64,000 bases of DNA, taken from positions 34,102,001-34,166,000 of the forward strand of contig NC_058368.1 of the NCBI RefSeq assembly GCF_018350175.1, read 5' to 3'. The notes under the pieces were generated by a model, which had not been told where the DNA came from, did not search any database, and saw nothing but the letters and a program-made list of their open reading frames with translations. Source of the DNA: Felis catus. Its lineage: Eukaryota. The translations under genes and the position numbers were made by a program. Positions 1-12,670 of this stretch are shown one piece after another. Positions within the stretch are counted from its first letter, which is position 1, and the number at the start of each line of letters is the position of its first letter.

Positions 1-187
1 CAAAAAATCAGCCAAGTAGCTTGGCTTTGTTATAGCAAACAGCCAATTTGAATGACTTAAAATATGTGTACATTTAAACTTTTATAATTTTCCTTTTGTC
101 TGTACAAGGAAAATGATTGCCAAAAAATAGTGATTATTTATTTAAAGTGTATGTATAGACTCACTATATTTACTGAATAGTTATAAG

Positions 188-267
188 CTCTTCTCTCTTT
201 CTCTTTATCTCTCCCTTTCTCCCTCCCTCTCCTTCTTTTCTTTCCTTTTCTTTTTCTTTCTTTCTTT

Positions 268-322
<55 letters not shown>

Positions 323-335
323 CTTTCTTCTTTCC
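188..335. repeat. Polypyrimidine/(CTTT)n microsatellite
   Basis: Nearly pure C/T tract with a CTTT tetranucleotide core; explains the K/E/R-rich ORF 138..341. Confidence 0.95.
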
Positions 336-2920
336 TAACAAAAGCGACTTGAAGAGAAATGTTTTGTTACATTTTCAATTTTTAAAAGATCATGTGGATT
401 CAATATTAGCTTTTTCTTGGCTTGTTTCTTCATTTCAACTTTCTCTGCCCATTGGTTGTTAGAAGTCTCCCAATTTAACAAAAAATAGTGAAACATGACA
501 AATAGCCCATCATATTTGAATATTTGAACAACCACTGGCATTATTCCAGTGAGTAATTCATGATTCAATAGAGAGGGCTAAAGGCCACAAGCACATGTAT
601 TTTTCTCTAATATGACTATTTGTTTCCTAAGATATGTAAAATACAAAGAAATGATTTATTTTTCATCTTGTTTTCCCAGAAAGCCCATTGAGGGTCACTA
701 ACACATTCATTAGTATCTTTATTACTCCTGATTAAAAAAATAATACGTGTGCATTTGGGAAAACTGACATGTAAAAAATTATAAAAGGATTATTCTATCT
801 ATAAAAAAATCCAACATTAAAACAGTGTTATGTTTTCTTGCTCTACTCTCTTGATTCCTTCCCATTTTCTACTTATTTCTATGTTCTGAGCACTCCTGAC
901 TAAGGCACAATTTGATCTGTGTAAAGTCTGACTCCTGCCTTATTTTAGTTGAGCTTTGGGTTAATTTCACTGTTTAATTTTCACATTAAAATATTATCTT
1001 AAGGGAAAGCCACTGCTATCTAAACTGAACCAAAGACACTTGTTTGCTTCTGAGGGTTGGAACACAGGGGAGAGTCAGTTACCAACTCAGGTAACACCTT
1101 CTCTGGAAGGTGGTTGTCTTTCCTAGAGTTTCTGTTGTTACAAGGAGAAGGGTCCAAAAGTATGGCAAAGTATAAAAGGTCTTTTACAAGCTAGTCTAAC
1201 ATTTATGCTTCCAGATTTATGTTCCACAGTTTCCAATAGGTACCTTGCAATTCAGTCTTGTTACTCTTCTAGAGAATGATGGTGTTGTTTTTTTTTTTTC
1301 CCCAACATTGTACCCTACACCATTATTTCCCACCTATTGCTTCAGTGAATTCAAAAGGGATGCTGTATGATCCTTTCCATAGTTATATTCCAGTCTACAG
1401 CAGAGTTGCCTGAAAAAGAAAAAAAAATGACTTGTCATTGAGGAGTCACATCATAAATATCTGTAAAATGAATGAAAAGTAGCATGATACAATAGTCTTA
1501 AAAGGGTTTCCTGATTTCCCCAAGTGGGGTGGTTTCCAAATATCTTTTTCCAGTATTACTTGGTGTAAACCTCTGTTACAGAATTATTATATTTTATCAT
1601 AATCACCGATGTTCCTTTTCTCTCTCAAATAATATTCTGAATTCTTTGGGTCTGAGACTTCAGTGGGTGTCAAGGCCATGAGGTAGTGAAGTAAGTAATG
1701 GCAGAAACAGAGAAGATATATCTCTTCAGTTCAGTTTAAGGCAGGTGTGGCTTTCCCTTAAGATAACACTTTAATGTGTTCCATCAGAATGAAAATTAAA
1801 AAGTGATATTAACCCAAACAGTTCAACTGGAATAGGGTGGGACTCATACTTTACACATTAACTGGAGATACTAAAGTACCTATTCTGTAATAGCATGACT
1901 TGGTAAGCAATTAGATACAGAGGAAAAAATCTAGGAGTATTCCATAGTTTTTGACTTTCGGTGACTATCTGTGAGAACATAAATTTAAGAAGACAACTAT
2001 ATTTTCAGTGATAGAAACCATCAATTCAATTTGTAGCAATAATGACCTATTAGGTATTAGATATTTGAGCTTTAAATTCAGTAGAGAAATCTAGACTGGA
2101 ATTTAATATGCATCCAATGTGCAGTTGATAGCTGAGGCCACAAAATTAAAAAAGATCACTCAGAAAGCAGGTAGCTTGAGTTTAGGGTCACAGATGAACC
2201 CTGAAGGTTTCACCATTTGAAGGAAAGTAAAAAGGTGACTCACAGAAACAGGCTTTATCACAGAAGGCATTATTACATATGAGCATTTACAAAAAATTTG
2301 AAACCAGGTATACACAGATGGGAATTGATCGCATCTTTGTAAACGATTAGTTTTAACTGCCTGGAATTTCAATCCTGCTGTGTGGCAAGGTGAGGAAGGT
2401 AGGGTATCTGTGTGCAGTATTAATAACCACCAGGGTTTCCTCTTTTGTTGACCAGATATTCAGTTCACTCTAATTTCCAAACAAAAATCCCTCTCACTTT
2501 TGTCCAGGAAAGACAATCCAAAAGTTTCAACTAGCCATAGCATCAAGTTTAATGTCCAGGATCTCTTAATATCCCTTTGTTAAGGATGATGAATGGTAAT
2601 CTCTGGATTGTTCCCTGTGAGGATTCTCTTGAGAATAATAAACAAAAAGACAAGTGATCTATCTCAAAGACACAATTTACAATGGATAAACGGTTCAAGG
2701 TGGTCACAATAAGCACTCACACACAGAAAGAAGAGTGGGAGACATGTAATAGTAATGTCAATTCCAATATCCTTTTCGGCAGACATTGGTGAGGGCCTCA
2801 CACTTTGGGGAATAGAAGTGCTTTTTTGATGAAGCTCAGTTCTGTTCCCTAGAAAGAGTGGCCCTCAGTTCATTGTTTCAGGAGGGTTTTCCTTTCTTAT
2901 GTTCTTTAAATAAAGAGTTC

Positions 2921-3139
2921 TTTTTTTTAATGTTTTTATTTATTTTTGAAGGAGAGGCAGAGAGACAGAGCATGAGCAGGGGAGGGGCAGAAAGAGAGGG
3001 AGACACAGAATCGGAAAGCAGGCTCCAGGCTCTGAGCTGTCAGCAACAGAGCCCGACGCGGGGCTCGAACCCACATACCGTGAGATCATGACCTGAGCTG
3101 AAGCCGGACGTTCAACCGACTGAGCCACCCAGGCGCCCC
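2921..3139 (-). mobile_element. Felid CAN-SINE (SINEC_Fc-type)
   Basis: Poly-T/TTTATT tail, (GA)n tract, tRNA-derived head ending GCCACCCAGGCGCCCC; TSD AAATAAAGAGTTCTT at 2908-2922 and 3141-3155. Confidence 0.95.
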
Positions 3140-5489
3140 AAAATAAAGAGTTCTTAAATAAAAAAGTTGAGTATTATGGACTAGATCTTCCTTGAGAACT
3201 GAACTGGTTTCTGCCTGTAAAAAAATTGAAGACCTGACACTGGCTTTTTTCCAGGAAAGTCACAATCTTTTAGTTTAGGCTGGTGCTCCTTTTGGCAGAA
3301 TGACTCCCTAAAACACTTGGCTTCTCATCTATTTGATTCCAGTCAGCTTCATGTGCCAACAGCTACATTCTGTTCTTTTATGGATATACTTCTTAAATTT
3401 GTTCTATTTCCCTACATTCTCTCCTTCACCATCCCCACAGCTCTTACTCTCACGCTCTGAAAATAATTACAGGTGCTTTGGTCTGTGAAGCTTTCATGGG
3501 AGAGGCACAGCCTTTTTCTCTTTCTCCAGAGCCATTTTGTCCAAATGGCTATACGCCATTCAAAGAGTTTAAGAAATGAATAAAAGGGCAAACGGTGTTT
3601 TGGTTCTTGTCTCCAAGCAGAATTTTGTAAAATTTTCAATTTTATAGCTCAGTGTTTGGCATGGGGATATTGTTGGGTTTTTTTAACTCCACTTTCTTCT
3701 CTTAACTTGGAAATGTTTTATTCTTCTTGAAATTATCTTTCTTTTAAGGTCTTATAGAGTCCACCCCGTAACACATAGCACATGCTACTAACATTCTATT
3801 TTCCAGCCTCCTCCCCTACATCAACATAATCTGCCTCCTAACTTATGATGGGGGACTTGTTAATATTTCACCATTGCATAAACTGAATCGCTTTCTTTCC
3901 ATGTTTAATATCGGTTTCCTTGTCACCCATCACGGGGCCTCTAAGCCAATGTGTTGGATTTCTGTGTTGATAATATTCCTCATCTGTGTTGCAACTTCTG
4001 CATCAGTCACATCAGGTCTTTTTTTTTTAAATAGAAACCTTCAGTATTTGAATAAAACACTGAAATTTGAGCATATGGCATTGCTTCAATTAACTTTTTC
4101 TTTAAATTTGCAAACTAGAGTGTACAAACTCCATAGTAAAAATTTTCCAAAATTTCAGAGGCTTACAACCACAATGACTCAAATTAAGGGTATAACTCAA
4201 GTGGTTTCTTACTTTTTGCTCTAAACATAATTAAAGGAGAAACAAATTAAGTTACTGGTGATAAATCATTAAAAATGATGTGTAATGATAGGTCACTATA
4301 TACTTCGTGAAATAAATTCAAAATACTTTATGGAAGGGGTGATTTGTAGACTCAAAACTTGCTTCTAGATTAGCACATGATTTTAGAGAGAAAAACAAAT
4401 TCAATTGAGGTCCACACGACAACTAAGATTTTGTATGTAGCAAACGCCACTATTTTGAGCTCCTTCTGGAAGGTACTTCCCTGTTCTCTGAGATATGTGC
4501 CAGTTGTGGATGCCCTAAAACTTATCAATCACTAACTTTATTTTTTCTTGGGAGAGCATTCATAAATTGAACATTTAAAAAAATCAAAAACTTGCTGTAT
4601 TGAGAACCAGGAATTACGCTATGGCTTTCTTCTGTCTGCCATTTTACATTCTTAATTAGACTCATATCAATGAAATATTAAGGCTTTAAAAAATACTGTG
4701 ACTTACAGACACACAGATGAGCATTTTTATATAAATTTCCAATTTTATTCCCATGTCACTTGCATTTCTGCACTGAGCTTGCATAAAGATAAATGATACC
4801 TGAAGATCAATATTGTCTCTACGTGTGGCAATGTGACTCTAGCTAACTCCTTGATGAGCTGATCTGTAGCAAAAGAAGAGGCCTTGGTAAGTCACCTGTA
4901 ATTGGTGTTGTACAATATTAGTTAATATTTGTATGTAAGGCATGCTAGGTAATTACAAATGTTCAAACACCGTTATGAGGCATGTTTGCAAATCACTTAA
5001 TGAAAACATCTTACCTTTTCATCGTCATTTAACTTTTCATTGCTGCTTATCATCAGTAATCTTCTTCATACTCACAATAGTCTCATGAGATACAAAAACA
5101 ATTAGTTATATTACTCATCTGAGTGGTGAAGCTGGAGCACAATGAAGATCATCTACAGAGATGATCCAAGGCCACACAGCTACTTGAAAGAAAATGTCAT
5201 CCTCTTACTACTTTTTCTTTATGATAGGTTTTTTTTTCTTTAAATATCTGACTACTCACAAGTTAAAATACAGTTGTAAAGGTGAAACATGTAAAACATA
5301 TATATGCATATATCACATAAATGTCTTAGTAATGTTTAAAATTATTCCCCTTTATGTTTAATTGGAATCTCCTTGAAGGCAAAAATGTTCAGGGAAACTC
5401 TCTTCCACAATTAGAATAATTTATGGGGTTCTAAGATATTATCATGTGATTAATACAACCTTACATAATATTAAAGTTTTTCAGTATTA

Positions 5490-7080
5490 TACCCTTCAGG
5501 ATAGTCCACATCACCCCTGTGTAGTTCTCTCTCCCACAGCTAGAGATTACCTGTGTAACCAACATGATATTGCAGAAAAGATAAAATGTGACTTCCAGCT
5601 CAGGTCATAGAAAACATTGCAATAGTTGTTTCACTCTTAGATTATTTGCTCTGGGAGAAGCTAACTGCTGTGTAGTGAGGATACTCAAGTTATCACTATG
5701 GAGAGGGCCAAGGACAAGGAGCTAGTCTTCTGTCTATAACTGGAACTGAGGTCTCCTTTCAAAAGACATTGAATGACTTCTAACCATTTTTTAATTGGAT
5801 TATTTGTTTTTGGGTGTTGAGTTTTATAAGCTCTTTCTATATTTTGGATACTAACCCTTTATTAGATATATCATTTGCAAATATCTTTTCCCATTCCATA
5901 GGTTGCCTTTTAGTTTTGTTGATGGACATTTTTTTTTCAAAGAAAATATCTATATGGCTAACAGACACATGAAAAGATGGTCAATGTCACTGATAATAAG
6001 GGTAATACAAATCAAAACTACAATGAGACATCACCTCACACCTGTAAGAATGGCAAAAATCAACAACACAAGAAACAATGGGTGTTGGCAAGGATTTGGA
6101 GAAAGGGGAACCCTCTTGTGTCGTTGGTGGGAATGAAAACTGGTGCAGCCATTCTGTAAAATAGTATGGAGGTTTCTCAAAAAGTTAAAAACAGAACTAC
6201 TAGGTATGTGATTGCACTAGTAGGTATTTACTTAAAGAACACAAAAAATACTAATTCAATGGGATACATGCACCCCAATGTTTATAGCAATATAATCTAT
6301 AATAGCCAAACTATGGAGACAGGCCCAAATGTCCACTGACTGACTGATGAATGGATAAAGAAATATATATATTTTTATATATAATGGAATATTACTCAGC
6401 CATCAAAAAGAACAAAATCTTGCCATTTGCAATGGCATGGATAGAGCTAGAGAGTAATACACCAAGCAAAATAAGTCAGTCACAGAAAGACAAATGTATC
6501 ATTTTACTCATATGAGGAGTTTAAGAAACAAATGAACAAAGGGAAAAAGAGAGAGAGAGAGAGAGACACAAACCAAGAAACAGACTCTTAACAATAGAGA
6601 ACAAACTGGTGGTTACCAGAGGGGAGGTGAGTGGGAGATGGGTTAAATGGATGATGGGGATTAAGGAGCGTACTTGTAGTGAAGAGTACCGTTTATTGTA
6701 TGGAAGTGTTGAATCATTATATTGTACACCTGAAAATAATATTACAGTGTATGTTAACCAACTGGAATTTAAATTAAAAAAAAATTAAATTAAAAAAAAA
6801 AAAGAAGCAAAGAATTTAAAACGAAGACATTGAGTGAATCATGTTGGAAGGGAATCCTCTTACGTCATGCCTTCAGATAACTTCAGCCCAAAAGACACTT
6901 TGTCTATAGCCTCATAAGAGACCCTGGGCTTGAATGACTTGGTTAAGCTGCTGAATTCCTGCCCCACAGAAACTATGAGATAAATAAATGTGTTTTTGTT
7001 TTTGTTTTTGTTTTTTGTTTTAATTTTAAGCTGCTATGCTTCTGGGTAATTAGTTATGGGGCAGTAGATAACTACAGATG
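5490..7080 (+). mobile_element. MaLR LTR (MLT1F/G-like), split by an L1 insertion
   Basis: MLT1-like motifs on both sides of the L1 (GTGACTTCC...GGTCATA; CCCACAGAAACTATGAGATAAATAAATG; terminal GCAGTAGATAACTA). Confidence 0.7.
5784..6823 (+). mobile_element. 5'-truncated carnivore L1 with 5' inversion (twin priming)
   Basis: 5784-~5925 is antisense L1 ORF2; ~5926-6800 is sense ORF2 end (ORF 5903..6136 contains MANRHMKR...[15 protein letters not shown]), then 3'UTR and A-tail; TSD AAGACATTGA(A/G)TGA at 5763-5776 and 6824-6837. Confidence 0.9.
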
Positions 7081-8667
7081 ATTCTAATATTCCTCAAAAC
7101 ACCCAAATTTCACTAGGTAGGCATGACTCTCATTACAGGAAGGGTGTTGTTTCAGTGTAGGCAAAAGCCCCTGAGAAAAACTAGAGGTGACTAAGTAGCG
7201 GGGTCGGGGGGAGGTACCGTGGGAGCTGGTCTTGAAGGACAAAATCGGATGAAATGTGGAGTAGGGAAAGGAAAACTCCAAGCAAACTGAATAGAATATA
7301 TCTAGCCATGAAAGTATAGAAATATATGGTCCCTAAAGCAAATTTGAAGCAGTTCATTGCAGTTGACAAAGCTTGTGTTGCTGGTGTGGGTGAAGTGGTT
7401 GATGGACCTTCAGAGGTAAGCAGGAGAAGAACAAGGAAAGGCCTTCCTTAGGTGGAAGGTAAGCTAAGATGGAATTTTAACCTGAAGGATCTTTGCAGTC
7501 ATTGAAGGCTTTTCCATAGGGGAATGAGTGCATTAAAAATGAGACTCAATTAGAGGGTGATGGCAATAATTCCAGCAATAAGTGATAAATGTGAATTTAA
7601 ATAAGTAGGAGTGGCCGTGGAGAGAAAGAGACCGATTGCAGAAATAACTGAGAAAATACTTCTAATGGGACTTAGCAACATTTTAATTTATGATCGAAGG
7701 AGAGCTGAGGGTGTATCAAATCTCTGCAATCACATAATTATAATCTTTCAATGTCTTCCCATTGAATACGTTATAAAGGTAAACCAAGACATTTTAACTT
7801 GGGCTTACCAGCTTTTATACTCCCATTTCTTGTTACCCACTGCCCATTTGCTTTGTGACATACTGAAATCACCTGAACCGATGATTTACTTGATCTGAAC
7901 ACTAAGCAGACAGCATGTTTCTCAACAGACTAAGACTTATATGATTTTCCTTTTAAAAAACATTCTAGAACTACATATGTAGTTGGTAATCAAAATATTT
8001 GATTAACTGACTTGGACTAAATTAAAACTCATTTTTATGCTTCGATTTGCCAAGTAGATAAGCAAACTCTTTATGAGGATAGAGAATATAGGAAATATAA
8101 TAAAACAAGTAGACTTGAACGTATAAAATTATTAATTTTAAAGGGCTTGCGAAGTATCAACGGTGAGTCAATAGATGGTTAGTTTTTTTTTCTGAGTGAT
8201 AAGTTAAAAGGGACAAGGAAAACTTCCTGGAGAATATTTCAAAGGATAAGTAGCTACTCAGAGGTAGGAAAGAAACCAAGAAATTATGTTATAGAAGCAA
8301 AAGGTGAGGACAACCTTAACAGGCAAGAAGTAATAATGGTGGCAGGTACAATGAATATTTATGAATATTTATCTATCGTGCAATTGCTGTATGCCAGACA
8401 TTGTTATTAAACAGCTTACAAGTATCATCTCATTTAATAGCTACAAAAATTATGAGATAGGCACTGCTATTTTTATCCTTAACACATTAACAAATTGTGG
8501 TACAGGAAGAGAAGATAACATTGCAAATAAACAGCAGGGCATAGATTCAACCTATCATAAAATTTCAAGTTTAAACTCTTACATGTTATGTTTCAGAACA
8601 TTCAAATTAAATAAAAATGCACTAGATATTTGCAATTAAAAGGTATCTGGTAACCATACCATCAATA

Positions 8668-9020
8668 ATGTGAGCTTACCTATTGCTACATAGGAGTACT
8701 GCCCTAACACTTTTTGGTTTAAACAATGAGCATTTATTATCTTATGGAGGTCAGGAATCTGATTACAGCTTCGATGGGTGCCTCTAGCTCAAGGTATCTT
8801 GTGAAGTTATAGTCAAGCTGATAGTCCAGGCTGAGGGCTCATCTGAACACTCCATTAGGAGGTGAGGCAATCCACGGGATCCAACCTCATTCAGGTAGGT
8901 CTCTGCATGGGGCTTTCTGATACATGTAAACTAGCTTCCTCCAGGGCAAATGATCCAGGAGAGGGGGAAAAAGGACCAAAGACAAGATGGGATCACTGGC
9001 GATCGTCTTGGAGGCTGCCA
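8668..9020 (-). mobile_element. Old MaLR LTR (MLT1-type)
   Basis: Antisense MLT1 motifs CTATTGCTACATA...TTTAAACAA...CATTTATTATCT...GGTCAGGAATCTG. Confidence 0.6.
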
Positions 9021-9498
9021 ATCAAAACTATTTCTTGTATAAAAATAATATCTATCAAACACACATATATATATTTATTGATAGATATTATTTATATATA
9101 TGTGTGTGTATTTTTTCATATGTATAACAAGAGAATGAGAGAGAGTAGACAGAGAGAGAAGAAGAAAATGACAATGTACACACATAAGCATATTCCCTTT
9201 GTGGTTCTATCCACAAAGAGGTCCCAGGAATAGCAATATGCCAATAAACCAGTGATTAGATTATGGTTTCTGAAAAACTTTCTCCACTAGAAAGAACTGG
9301 GACTTTCAGGTCCAAGTCAAGTAAAGTACAAGAAGGGCCTGAAAAATCTTATTGTGCCACAAATTAAGGAAAGATTCAATGAAGGAAGGTGTCTAAAAAA
9401 CAGAGGAACTGGCTTTAAGAGGCTACTGTTGATCAAACCTGAGCTATTTGAAGATTAAGATAAAGACAACATATTCTAAGTGAAACCATGTGCGTTTA

Positions 9499-9913
9499 GT
9501 ACGTCAGTTTGCTAGGGTTGCCATAACAAAGTACCGAAGACTGGGTGGCTTAAATAACCTAAATTTATTTTCTCACAGTTTTGGAGGCTTCAGTCTGAGA
9601 TTAAGCTGCTGGCACAAATAGTTCCTTCCAAGGACCATGAAGGAAGGCTCTGTTTCACACTTATCTCGTGTGTTTGTGGATGGCCGTCTTCTCCCTGTGT
9701 TTTCACATGTTCTTCCCTGGGTGGGACTGTGCCCAAATTTCCTCTTCGCATACAAAAACCAGTCACAATGGACTAAAGGCCAACAATGATGACCTTATTT
9801 TAATTTATCTACTTCTACAGATCCTGTCTCCAAATACAATCACATTCTGAAATCCTGGAGGGTTAGGACTTCCACATATAAATTTGGGGGAGGCCAGAAT
9901 TCTGCCCATAACA
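9499..9913 (-). mobile_element. MaLR LTR (MLT1A/B/C-type)
   Basis: TCAGTTTGCTAGGGTTGCCATAACAAAGTACC...TTTATTTTCTCACAGTT...CCAAATACAATCACATTCTGA...GCCCATAACA. Confidence 0.85.
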
Positions 9914-10630
9914 CTTAGTGATATGAACAAATAAGTAAATGAATCATGTACAAATAACTTGATGGTATAAATATTAAGTTCTTCCATTCAATGGAATAGC
10001 AACTAATAATAATCACTTAGCAGTGGAGAAGGCTAGCATACACCTCAAAATTAAGTGATATAAGTTTGGCATTGCTGAATGTGCCTCTTGATATGATGCA
10101 TGGAGAAGGACAGAGCCACCATTTTGTAGTATTTCTACCATTTTGCCTATTGTGAAGATGCTCATCCGAACACATCAGAACAACTCAAATTGAGGGATAT
10201 TCAAAAGACCACTGATTTGCATTCTTAAAAAAATGTTAAGGTTATAAAAGACAAGAAAAAAAAAAAACCTGAGAAACTCATCTTGGGTGAAGGAGGCCAG
10301 GGAGTTGTGACAATTACATGCAATGAATAATCTTGTGTTAGATTCTCGTTCTATGATGGCCATTGTGAGGACAATCAGCAAAATGTGTAACTTAGGTGGC
10401 AGTATTAAATTGATGTTAATTTCTAGGTATTGATGGTTGCATTGTGGTTCTTTGGGAAAGTGATCTTCTTAGGAAATACATACGAAAGTGCTAAGGGTTG
10501 ATGAGGCATCGTGACTGGTGAATAATAGAGCAAATATGGCAAAATACTGAATATTGAGGATTCCAGATATTAGAAGATTGCAAAAATGAGAGTTCTTTGT
10601 ACTTTTCTGTAAATGTTTCTATAAAATTGA
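9914..10630 (+). mobile_element. Ancient L1 3'UTR fragment (L1MC-type)
   Basis: Motifs ATGTTAATTTCT...TTGATGGTTGCATTGTGGTT...TTAGGAAATACATAC...GAGTTCTTTGTACT. Confidence 0.55.
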
Positions 10631-11299
10631 TCTCAGTTTTCTAAATGCCTCCAAATATACAACCACATAAGTAAATAGACCCAAATATTTTTTACAAAAA
10701 TTCTTTCCAAACTTTGTAGAAGGGATCCACTCCCCATGCCTGATCTCTAGCTCACCAGATATTTCTACTCATCACTAACACACCTGATAATCCTTTTATA
10801 TGTTGTGACCCGTTTGGATGCATATGTTAGAAAAAGTAAACAGTGTTGTTCTAAATGTGCATGTTTTCATTGCATTTTTCTATAAATCCCTTTTAGTATT
10901 CTATACTATTAAAACTCAGCACTAATTTTAAGTCCATTAATATTCATGCTGTTCACTGCTTTTAATTGTTATAGTGTATTTCTAAGAAACCACAGTGCTT
11001 TATTTAGCCATTCACCTAGAGTCAGACAAGTAAGTTCCCTCCAATTCCTAACTGGCATAGACCAACCTACAATGAACTACTTTGTGTATATATAGTTACT
11101 AATCTGTGTAAGAGTTTCTCCTGGACAGAGCTAGGTTTCAAATTGCTGAATTGTAATATGCATGTATACTTTATTTCTCGAAACACTACCAAATTTATTT
11201 CCAAAATTGCTATAACAAAGATAACGTGTAAATCATCCAGATTACCTTTTTGTATATATTGAAAGTCAGGGATTCAACTTTATTTTGCCCACAAATTGA

Positions 11300-11820
11300 G
11301 CAAGGTCTTTAATCAGAATCCTCTAAAAATTCAACATATCTCAGAGGAAAATATCACACGATTTATCAACAGAACCCTTAAGTGGATATATACTTTAGCA
11401 AGCACTAATGATTCAAAAACTAAGGAAAACAGAAATGGCTAGAAACTAATTGAACATGATCAAATCAGAACCAAACCGAACAAACAAGAAAGACAACAGC
11501 ACTAACAAAATGTTTAAAAAGTTACCTTTCAATCCAGGAATAAGACAGAGAGAGCCTTTACCTGTTGAAGTAGACTATTCGTGTCTCAGATCTTGTAGAC
11601 AACGGCGTAAGATATGAAAAAAAGTGTAAATATTGAATAAAAAATAATGTTTTTGCTCAGAGCTAATATGGTTGCATACATAAAATATTCAATAACTCAA
11701 TTAAAAGCCTTTTAAATTAATACAAACCATTTAGTAAGATGACGGGATATAAAATAAATATGCAAAACCATCATCTTTTATGTATATTAACAATCAGCGA
11801 GATGTAAGTCAAACAGTATC
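11300..11820 (+). mobile_element. Ancient, degraded L1 ORF2 fragment
   Basis: Resembles the ORF2 RT region (CAGGAATAAGACA..., TTTAGTAAGATGACGGGATATAAAATAAATATGCAAAA). Confidence 0.5.
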
Positions 11821-11830
11821 TTCATCTTCA

Positions 11831-12010
11831 GAATCGCCTGAGCGGCTCAGTCATTTGAGCATCCAGTCCTTGATTTTGGCTCAGATCATGATCCCAGGGT
11901 CATGGGATTGAGCCCTGCATCCTGCTCCACGCTTAGCATGGAGCCTGCTGAAGATTCTCTCTGTCCCTCTGTCCCTCTCCCCTGCTTGTACTCTCTCTCT
12001 CCAAAAAATA
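11831..12010 (+). mobile_element. Older CAN-SINE
   Basis: GGCTCAGTC...GATTTTGGCTCAGATCATGATCCCAGGGTCATGGGATTGAGCCC head, CT tract, A-tail. Confidence 0.85.
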
Positions 12011-12174
12011 GGGAAAAAATAGAGAAGGAATATTACATTATTTTTAAACCCTTTCAAGATTTTTATATTTCATATTCATGTTTTTTCCCCAGCCATTATC
12101 CTAATCTTCCATACTGCATTACACTGTGGTTTGAATAGAGCAGCCATATGGTAAACTTAAAAAAAAATTAATCT

Positions 12175-12425
12175 GGGGCTCCTGTTGGTTAAGGGTCTGG
12201 CTCTTGATTTAGGCTCAGGTCATGATCTCACAGTTTGTGAATTTGAGTCCCATGTCAGGCTCTGAGCTGACAATGCAATGCCTGCTTGGGATTCTTCCTC
12301 TCCCTCCTTCTCTCTGCTCCTGCCCACTTACACACGTGCACACACACACACACACACTCACACACACACACATACACACACACTCTCTCTCTTTCTCTCT
12401 CAAAATAAATTAATTAAAAAAAATT
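12175..12425 (+). mobile_element. CAN-SINE with internal (CA)n
   Basis: GGGGCTCCTG head, GGCTCAGGTCATGATCTCACAG core, (CA)n(CT)n, AAAATAAATT tail. Confidence 0.9.
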
Positions 12426-12529
12426 GAATCAATCCCTCTGTCTCAGTGGGGTTTTTTTTTGTCCTTATAGGCAAAAATATATGAAAAACAAATAAGCCAA
12501 TTTACTAATTTTCAGACAGAAGGATCTAT

Positions 12530-12670
12530 TTTTTAAACTTTTATTTAAATTCTAGTTAGTTAACATACAGTGTAATGTTCATTTCAGGTGTACAATACAG
12601 TGATTCCATACTTGCATACAACATCCGGTGCTCATCACAAGTCCTCTCCTTAATCCCCATCACCTATTTA
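12530..12670 (-). mobile_element. Very short carnivore L1 3' end
   Basis: Antisense L1 3' terminus (TTATTTAAATTCTAGTTAGTTAACATACAGTG...); 17-bp TSD ACAGAAGG(A/G)TCTATTTT at 12516-12532 and 12671-12687. Confidence 0.85.

Noticed and set aside
138..341. K/E/R-rich 67-aa ORF, and similar Y/I-, H/T- and F-rich ORFs at ~20.3, 23.9, 46.8 and 55.4 kb
   Set aside because: Translations of microsatellites.
1165..1185. TATAAAAGG TATA box
   Set aside because: Isolated motif in AT-rich DNA with no supported downstream exon.
2858..3128. Recurrent MAQSVKRPT.../QVMISR peptides suggesting a small protein family
   Set aside because: All are translations of CAN-SINE copies.
2921..3139. tRNA genes at SINE heads
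   Set aside because: The A/B boxes are tRNA-derived SINE promoters followed by CT tracts, A-tails and TSDs.
3874..4224. 116-aa hydrophobic ORF, and other >100-aa ORFs at 8862, 38389, 43033, 54315 and 63521
   Set aside because: No recognisable domain or splice context; several overlap repeats; consistent with chance ORFs in AT-rich DNA.
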